DNA of 45,066 bases, counting the filler, from Haliotis cracherodii (lineage: Eukaryota): NCBI RefSeq assembly GCF_022045235.1. It is 3 parts of 3 records of this genome, joined end to end, with 100 filler letters (N's around TTAATTAATTAA, not from the genome) between each part and the next. Parts side by side here need not be neighbours in the genome. Positions count along the whole stretch, not along the records: positions 18,737 to 45,066 come from NW_027266267.1; 2 more parts are not named here. The stretch is one strand, 5' to 3'. Positions 36,556 to 45,066 of this stretch are shown here, piece after piece. The notes under the pieces were generated by a model that was given only the letters and a program-made list of their open reading frames with translations, was not told the DNA's origin and did no database searches. Position 1 is the first letter of the stretch. Each line of letters opens with the position of its first letter. The position numbers and the translations under genes were made by a program.

Positions 36556-36670
36556 TTGATCGATGCTCATGATATCAATCACTTGATTGTCTGGTCCAGG
36601 CTGGATTATTTACAGACAGCCGTCATATAGCTGGAATATTGCAGAGTGCGGCGTTAAACAACAAACAAAT
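36548..36670 (+). mobile_element. SINE family B 3' half (right breakpoint of the duplication)
   Basis: Family B 3' body and tail. Confidence 0.85.
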
Positions 36671-36947
36671 ATACGTGTTTCCTCTGTAATTAGCCACGTC
36701 AGAGCTACCTAATTAACCCCTAATCCTAGTTACACAGCGACTAACAGACACCTTTTCCCGTAACGCGTAATTTCCCGTGGTCTTTCGTTAGTACGCGTGT
36801 TTTCTGTACAACCAGTCAGTCCTCTTGCCTAATCCCACTGTCTGCTCGAACACCGTATTAGCCTATTGTACGCCGTTCCGCACCGCCGCGCTGTGACAAT
36901 AGACTCTCATCGACCAGGTTACGAGGCATGCGTTTCATAGAAACAAA

Positions 36948-37510
36948 ATGGCGGCTTCAATAACACAACAAGCAGACGAGACATGACGTTTGGAGGAAAA
37001 GGACTGCATTTATGAGATACCAGTGGATTTATTTCGTAGTGTACATGACCAACAGATAGTTGTTGACAAGGGACACTATTTTGTTGTCTCTGCCATCGTA
37101 ATATTGATTTACCTGTCTTCAATTTCTTCACGTACAGGCCTGATGTCGTCTGTTCTTGGAATTCTGCTGATCTTTCTTCATCTTCCAACAGCGGTGAGTC
37201 TTCCGTTATTTGTGTTTGTATGAAATGTGTTACCGTCCACCCAGAATTTAACATTAAGTGTTCACAGAAACTGTATACCAGGTTGGGGAGCACCCAGATC
37301 GATGTATAACAGATCAAGCGACAAATTATACCCCAATCAGTGTATCCATATACCCCATATAACCACAGCTTTTCTGGTGTCAAGGCTCGGAAACATTTCC
37401 TATCCTTAAGGAATAATACAGTTATTTTAGTATCTGTTCACCATGTCGTTCATCGTGACAGATAAAATCTTCACCTTGACCTGTCCTGTTTTTTTTGTTT
37501 TTTTAAAACC
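36948..37510 (+). pseudogene. Decayed Cys-rich ORF resembling the P2X7 C-terminal (ballast)-like protein of Kolobok-type transposons
   Basis: MAAS start in AAAATGGCGG; after a frameshift, FCCLCHRNIDLP...CMKCVTVHPEFNIKCSQKL...YPYTPYNHSF...NNTVIL..HRDR. Several stops. Called by pattern recall only. Confidence 0.45.
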
Positions 37511-38399
37511 GTCAGCAATAATCGTGTGCGGATTGGTGTGCAGCATAACTAATTATTTTGAAGATAATTTCTCTTCTTGGAACTGGGTGCTCTTGAAAAT
37601 ATTCAAATACCGTGATACAATATGCCAAGGTACAGACACAACGTCGTCTGGGGTATTATATTATTATGCGGTTATTTCTGTCAAGAAAGCAAAGACAGGG
37701 TGCCCATCGATAATTACAAGCAAATCTCCGTATTCAGGTGCCAAGATGATATCGATTGAACAAATGTTTCTCGTTGTCTCTGTTGTCAGAGAACCCACAT
37801 TCAATTAAAATAATTTGCGTAACATGTTCGTAAGCAAAATAGGTTGTGATTCCTTTCAGAAGTATTATTTATCTTAGCCCGTACAAGTTATTGGTAAGGG
37901 TGTTTGTATTGTATATAACGTAATACACATGACAGGTCTCTGATGTCATGTTTGCATATGTAATTTCTATGAGAAGACATTTTGTATGCAAAAGCCAAAA
38001 GCCTTACATTTCAACTGCGTTCATGGTCGTGTCAAGTCGGCGCGGAGTAAAAATGATATATGACACTGGTACATTCGCGATCGTTCAAATAATACAAAAC
38101 GGATTCTTATGTCAATAAGTCTGAAATATCAACCCAGCTCAGTAGTATAGCGTGACTGACTGAACTTGTCGTGATGAGACATTTTAAAGCCGTAGTTACA
38201 CTGTCACCGCTTATAAACGTGTGCATTGAATGCAACAAGGATCCCCTACCCCACCCTTCGGTACAACCCCATCTACCGCTAAACGTAACATTATCTAGCT
38301 AAGAACTTAGAAAATACTCCTTTTTTCACTTTATTGATGCATGTGTAGCGGGACTAGGAGCCATGTACACCACAGATGACATCCTTACTTTGTCAGTGT

Positions 38400-38645
38400 G
38401 CTGACGGGGTTAACCTCTTTGGCCTTGTGGACAAGGCGTCCGACCTCAGCTCAAGGTCCGTGGTTTGAATCCAAGGTCGGGACTCGGAAACGTTATAGCC
38501 GCTCGGCGCTCGGCATTAATGGGCTGAAGCAAGGACTGGTCGGCTCGAAGTCAGTATACTCTGTCTGGGTAGGGTGTTCATGTTAAACTGCCGCATGTTG
38601 TCTCAGGAATATTGCTAAAAGCGGCGTAAAACCAAACTAGCTCAC
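38400..38645 (+). mobile_element. Chimeric SINE: family C-like body joined to a family A-type tail
   Basis: GGCGCTCGGCATTAA...GGACTGGTCGGCTC...GTTAAACTGC then GGAATATTGCTAAAAGCGGCGTAAAACC. Confidence 0.65.
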
Positions 38646-39439
38646 GCTCCCCTCCCCCCCCAGAACAACAACAAAAACAAACAACAACAACATAAAAAAA
38701 CAAAACAAACAAACTAAAAAACAACAACAAACAAACAAAAAACAACACAAAACAAACAAACATCATGTATGTAACAAACTATAGTTGACAGCAATGCAAT
38801 AATCCATGTTTGTAAAGCAGTCTTACCTATTTGCTCAGGTATATGACCAATGTAACGATATAAAATATTAATATTGCCCGACCGTTGTTTGTGTATCATG
38901 TACAATGTTTACGTCCTAAACGGTAATATAGAGACCCCATTTGATATTGGGTGGGTGGAGGTGATATAAGTTTTTTGGGGGCCCAGGACCACCATCTACC
39001 CCAGGATATTAAATTGCCTGTCCTAGCAGTCTTGTGCTATACCCGAATAATAATCAGGCCCAGTCAAGCAATGGGATTTATACTCGCCGTACTCTACTCC
39101 ACGGGACAGTGGCTTTAATGGGATGTTTGTAAATTCTGACATCCACTGTATATTTGATTTGTTCTGTGCATGGAGTGGTCCTTCTGCCTATCATACGGAT
39201 CTATATACTGCGATGTTTATATGCACTGGGGGAGGGTTATGTCTGTGTTGTTTGTCATTACATTTAAAGAGTCCGTGTCGCTGTTTTATTCGTCGCATGT
39301 GACAAGTTGAAAACTCAGTAATTGATAATGACATTGATCTATGTGTAGCCTTGGTGTGGGTCAATGATACAGACGTCTGTTTGAGGCTGACCAATTATTC
39401 TAGGACTGATAAGTATCGATGAATCATGATACTTTTTAA

Positions 39440-39655
39440 GTGGAGATTTCGGATAGAATTCGTCTTCAGCAACCCATGCTTATCGTATACGTAAGAGGCG
39501 ACTAATGGGATCAGGTGGTCAGGCTCGCTGACTTGGTTGATGCATGTCATCGTATCCCAATTGAGTGGATCGATGCTCATGATGTCAATGTCTGATTATT
39601 AACAGACCGCCGTCATATAGCTCGAATATTGCTGAGTGCGGCGTTAAAAATAAAT
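39440..39655 (+). mobile_element. SINE family B copy, diverged
   Basis: Family B body and tail. Confidence 0.85.
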
Positions 39656-39684
39656 AAATAAATATATATATATATATAGTGCAT

Positions 39685-39967
39685 GGGGGCACGGGTGGCC
39701 CAGTCGTCTAAGGCGCCGCGATTCGCTGTGCAGAGTTGCGTCCCTTGGGCACGCCAGAAACCTATGATTGTGGGTTCGAATCCCGGTTCGTCCCAATTAT
39801 GTTTCTAGGTTTGTCAGCACCAAACCCGTGCTCGTGGGTTTCATCGAAGTGGTAAACGTCTGAGACCTGCATAACTTCGGGCTTTCCTCCCACATTAAGC
39901 TGACACGCCGTGATATAACTGGAATACTGTTAAAAGCGGCGTTAAACCCAACTCACTCACTCACTCA
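39685..39967 (+). mobile_element. tRNA-derived SINE, family D (V-domain-like TTTCCTCCCACA), full length
   Basis: A-box TGGCCCAGTCG (39696), B-box GGTTCGAATCC (39773), TSD tatagtgcat (39675-39684, 39972-39981), (ACTC)n tail. Confidence 0.92.
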
Positions 39968-40893
39968 ATTGTATAGTGCATCCAACCATCTCGACCAGTG
40001 ATGTAGGTTTTATTCCCTACATGAATACATCGTGTGAAACCCATTCCCCGTGTCCCTGTTGTGACAATATTAGAATACTTAAAATGCAGCGTAAAACCAT
40101 ATTCACTCACCACATACAACAATTCTCATAGTGATTCAGTTGTTTCCCGGTCAGTTGGTCATTGTACATTCATGCCTGGATCACGTGCACCTCGGGGTTT
40201 CCTCCCCCGTGTTATATATAACCGAGGTTATGTTAAGCGCGGCGTAAAACCAGCCTCATTCGCTGTCATGCTGGACAAGTGTGTTGAAATCATTATCTCG
40301 ATAGTGTAACAAAATATTACACGATTCTTTCGGGTATTGATACTTCAAATGAAAATACTTCGTCACAGTTTTCCTTCCGGTTTAGGCTAATCGATACATC
40401 AATACTGATTGATTAATTATTGATACGTCAGGTGATCTCTGTCTTTAAGCACAATGCTATTACAGCCATCAATCAGATTCAGTCATGCATTATCGATATC
40501 ATGTTAAGGCGATGGAACTCAACAAAATAGAAAATCGATCTTTTCAGAAATGTGATAACATGTTATTCAATGGGTATATTGCATTCGTTGGTGAATGGAT
40601 TGTCAGAAAGAAAGTAAGATATAGATGGCAATCATAATTTATGTATGTCAGCCGGATCGTGGGTGGTATGATATTCTAACGTGTAGCCTGGATGGAGGTT
40701 TTGGGAAGTGCCGTCACCGTGGTCTAGTGGAGAGTGGAAGGTCGGGGTTCGATCCCCGGCCGCGTCATATACCAAAAGACGTTACATGGCGGTACATGTC
40801 ATTACCCTAACTGGCATTTTATTGTTTTGGTTGTTGTTTAACGCAACTCTCAGCAATATTCAAGCTGTGTGACTGCCGCCTGTAGGTAATCGA

Positions 40894-41061
40894 GGGCGGC
40901 GGTCGGGAAGCCTAGTGGTTAAAGCGTCGCTCGTCACGCCGAAGACCCGGGTTCGATTCCCGACATGGGTACAATGTGTGAAGCCCATTTCTGGTGTCTT
41001 CCGCCGTGATATTGCTGGAATATTGCTAAAAGCGGCATAAAACCATACTCACTCACTCACT
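40894..41061 (+). mobile_element. SINE family A copy, near consensus
   Basis: Nearly identical to 220-388. Preceded by family C and family B fragments (40710-40890). Confidence 0.9.
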
Positions 41062-41654
41062 AGTTCTATAATGGCGTGCGGTAACATCATCAGTGACATC
41101 CAACATGATCCCCCACAAACAGAGTATTTTTCACAAGCTGTCTTAACTCAAAGTGATATATGTAATTATGAAAGTATGTACAGTCGATTCTCGAAGTCGT
41201 GGGAATCTGGAAAAATGTTCGAGTTATCCGGTGTTCGAGACAACCAACAAAGTTGAGGCAAGTCTTTGTTCCCGTCTGCATCGGCGTCTTTGTGAAAGTC
41301 ATAGCTCGACTAAGGGATTCACTAACATAACCTGCATTTCAAGCTGCGGGCAATTGCTTTGTGCACGCGACCCTTGGTTCGAGATTTGGACTTGTCTACC
41401 TCGAAATACCCGTATACCAGCTGTAAACAACAACAACAGCATAAACCAAACCAACACAAAGTAACATGCAGGTTTGATCAGGAACGACCTTCGTTACGTT
41501 AATGCTTGATTAAACGTGTACGCCTTCCAACAATAAACACCGTCTCTGATCTCAGAGATAGTGTAATACCTTCCAAGATGATATGCCCCGTTAGATCTGA
41601 CATGTATACTTTCCAACTGCCGCACCCTGGCACATAATAGTTAACAGTAAAACC

Positions 41655-41803
41655 TGGGGCGGTTGAAGCGTTCGCTCGTCACGCTGAAGTCCCTGGTTCA
41701 ATTCAGGTACAACTTGTGAAGCCCATTCATGTTGTTCCCCATCGTAATATTGCTGGAATATTGCTCAAAGCGGCGTAAAACCATACTCACTCACTCACTC
41801 ACC
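41655..41803 (+). mobile_element. SINE family A copy, degenerate
   Basis: GCGTTCGCTCGTCACGC...GGAATATTGCTCAAAGCGGCGTAAAACC(ACTC)n. Confidence 0.8.
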
Positions 41804-41896
41804 CAGAGATAAAGGTTTGTGTTGATCCACTGACCAATAAAAGTACAAAACAAACACCCTAGCTTGTTGTGTTCACCAACAATCGTATGTATTAGC

Positions 41897-42342
41897 TATT
41901 ATAGCTAAAATGGATAGAAGTGTCATGAAACCGCCCGCATGTTATCAGAAATAAGCGGGCCCTGTAACTTGATAATGCTCTCATATTGCTTGACGACGGG
42001 CCATTATCACGCTCTTTGTTAGTTGACGTCATAGGATAGGGATAGGTGACGTCACGTTCAATAGTGACGTCGTCTGGTTTGTTCTATGACGTTTCCATAT
42101 TTGTTAAAGTGGGTCAGTGACATTCGTGTTGATTGCAGTAAATGTTTCAAAACAGATACTGTTTTTTTCTTTTTATTTGATAACAAATTCCATCCATTTT
42201 AGCTATAATAACGGTAACGCTATTTTTCAGGGCATTATCATTTGCAGAAGCCCTCGGTCTTTTCAACTCTCCTCCTACGTCGGGCAGTTAATGGAAGACC
42301 TCGGGCTTCTGCAGATGATAATGCCCTGAAAAATAGCGTTAC
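41897..42342. mobile_element. Non-autonomous DNA element: 19-bp inverted repeats plus a terminal 129-bp hairpin
   Basis: TATTATAGCTAAAATGGAT (41897-41915) and ATCCATTTTAGCTATAATA (42192-42210), followed by a palindrome at 42214-42342. Confidence 0.75.
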
Positions 42343-44471
42343 ACTTATAATGATCCATAATGTACCTCTCCTTTCCCAAATTCAAAAGCATTGTCCTCAT
42401 CGCAACAACGTTTGCCTTAACAGAGACGTTATTCTATACAGAAGTGTCCGTTATAGTCATTACACCAAGTTAACACAGTTCATTCTGTAAGGTGGCAATA
42501 ACTCCGTCACTGTACAGTGACATGTACCCACTTCATTGACACAAACCGGTGTTACAGTCCGGCACATGGCATTATGAGCGGGCGTCTTGGTTCAGTGAGC
42601 TTGAATACAACACGCGGGTACATGGCAATCGGCTTGGGTTTAACCTGGCCACCCAAGCCCATAGAAATAGTTATACAGTGTAGATTAACTGGCATTTGTA
42701 TGTCCTGTATTGTATTTGCAGTACAATGTCCAAGTTAAAGCGAAATAAATTGATTTTCTTTATGACTTTTATGAAGGAGGGCATTGTGTGAAGAATGTGG
42801 TCATGTCGGTGCAGAGAATAGTGGACATAGATGGTCATAGGTGGCAGGTGTGCATAGTCTTGTGTATTTTGTTTGTTTCTTGTTTACACCCCATTTGTCA
42901 GGTCCCGTTAGAACAATAGGGTGACGTCACCAGAGTTGTAAAATGTCAGTTCATAATGAACTTAGTACCAGGTGTTGTTGGTTTGTTCGTTAATGACGTA
43001 CACAGCAATATTCCAGTTATATATTCCAGCGTTAAAAAAAACTCACTCACTCACTCCAAGTTATCTATGTTGTGGTTGTCTGAAGCAAGTTAAATCAAAT
43101 TAAATTAAACATGAACTTATTGAATTAATTATCAGACATTTAAAAGAGATTAAGAATACCTTTACCTTTAAAAACACAACTACATTTCCGCAATACAGTA
43201 TTTCTAATTTGATTTTTAAAGGAATCAATACCTCTTAAATGTGAAAACTTCGCCAGTCACTACAATTTCACATGATTTATCTTAGTCCTATACAGAGATT
43301 TTAGCCGAAAGGGTTGTAACTGTCATAGTGATAAAGCAAGTCTATCAGGCCTATAGAACTCTCTCACGCTACTTCCACACTTTCCGCCATATGCGGATGT
43401 AAACAAAGGGTTACTGTGGTAACGGTCACGTGATCTCGTGCGAAGAAGGCCCTCGACACGAACAGTGTATGCAATAAGTTACTTGCACCTGTACCGGTCT
43501 GTAATTAGTAACAAAAAGTAATTAATTAAAGAACTGGTAGGTTGGATGTTGGTTGACGTATCTCCGCACTTGACGTGATTACGTATTAGGGATTACGGGC
43601 TGTATTAGAGGATGGTGATTAACACGTGAACGAAATATTTTTTGGGTTTCTGGAGAACAGTTGGTATCTGAAGACTCTGGACTCTTCGTTACGTTGAACA
43701 CTGGCAAAACTAATGATATGAGCTGCCCTTAAACTTTAATCGGTATCATTAGTAAGGAGAGAGAATGTTGTTTTGAATGTAACAAAAATAACAGAATGAT
43801 CGGGGACAATGGTGGCCCGGTCGTCGTGGCACGAAATTTAACATACAGAGTTGTGTCCCTTAGTCGTACCAGCATCCACTGAGAATCAGTCGATGAGGGT
43901 CAGACTCGGTGACATGCATTTGGCTGATTGCTTGTCATATTGCACCGTCGAAGTGGATCGTTGCTCATACTGTCATTCACTGGTTTGTCCGATCCAAAAA
44001 ATATGGAAGATAGTTGGTGTATTGCTGCCCGCGGCGTTCAACCGCAACATTAATGTAACAAACTGTAGATTCCTCTGGATATTTGTTAAGTACAAGAATT
44101 TATAAAGGAAATATATAGACATTTTATAGGTATATATATGTTAACTGTAACAAAATATCGCGTCAGCTGATCAGCTTTGAAAACACCGAATCAGTTTGGT
44201 TCTGCCCATTTCGCCATATTGATCTGATTCCTATGACGGTTATGACACTAATTTTGATGTATTTTGCTGCTAGTCAACCAAACATCAGCGGGTGGTTACA
44301 AGCCCTAGCCTGTGTGCCATGTGCCCAATGGCGTGGACCGATGCTCATGCTATCACCCACTAGATTATCAGTTCCTTGTTAGACTATTAACAGGCTACCA
44401 TAAGCCTAGATATAAGCCCACTATAGTTTAAAACAGTTGTCTTCAACATTATTACATAGTAACATATCTAT

Positions 44472-44940
44472 CGCACTCTTACATAACACCTCAGATGTGA
44501 GGGTCCAACTGCCCTTTATTGTTTTATTCCGCACCTGGTATCACAGGCCGGCACTCTTTCATAGCTACTAAGTTTTGAGAGTTTATATGCATTTTAATGT
44601 ATTGTTCCGCACCAGATAACTTAGGCTGGCGCTCTTTCATAACACCTCAGTTTTGAGGGTTCACGTGCCTTTTAGTGTATTGTTTCGAACCAGAAAACAC
44701 AGGCTGTCGCTCTTTCATAACACCTCAGTTTTGAGGGTTCAGGTGCCTTTTAGTGTATTGTTTCGTACCAGAAAACACAGGCTGCCGCTCTTTCATAACG
44801 CCTCAGTTTTGAGGGTTGACCTGCCTTTTAGTGTATTGTTTCGTACCACAAAACACAGGCTCTCGCTCTTTCATAACACCTCAGTTTTGAGGGTTGACCT
44901 GCCTTCTAGTGCATTGTTCCGCACCAGATAACACAGGCTG
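44472..44940. repeat. 78-bp tandem repeat, about 6 units
   Basis: CTCTTTCAT recurs at 44554, 44632, 44710, 44788 and 44866. Confidence 0.93.
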
Positions 44941-45066
44941 GAACAAAGCTATCATAAACTCTTAACAGTGTGTGTGGGATTTTAGACTACCGTGTCCTAA
45001 GACAGCTTAGCTCCTATGCAGGTGTGTACGTGCTGGACGACAGATGTATGGGGTCGCAAGAAGGGG

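Noticed and set aside
36919-37805. Minus-strand ORF as a first exon of gene 2
   Set aside because: Similarity to gene 1 exon 1 is only faint and there are many stops. It is better explained as the antisense of the plus-strand relic.

Overview
This is eukaryotic, AT-rich, repeat-dense metazoan DNA, not prokaryotic. The SINE families resemble those I recall from gastropod molluscs (abalone-like); that assignment is from memory and unverified. Most ORFs in the track are noise from SINEs and minisatellites. By hand I can assemble a phase-consistent 5-exon minus-strand gene (15311->9611, about 869 aa). It has two N-terminal hydrophobic segments, an acidic coding VNTR and a C-terminal death-domain-like fold ending in H-x2-C-x-F-C. 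A second, paralogous terminal exon (18053->17849) has the same length and intron phase and about 39% identity; its upstream exons are probably lost in an assembly gap. Also present: an intact class A GPCR ORF lacking all canonical activation motifs (21947->21036), the 3' end of a plus-strand gene with an NPxY tail, four SINE families sharing a 3' tail (one with no tRNA head but a 5' pseudoknot), Tc1, L1/Tx1 and RTE-X relics, a decayed P2X7-C-terminus-like ORF, a SINE-bounded ~3.0 kb tandem duplication, several minisatellites, and two artificial 100-bp scaffold joins.
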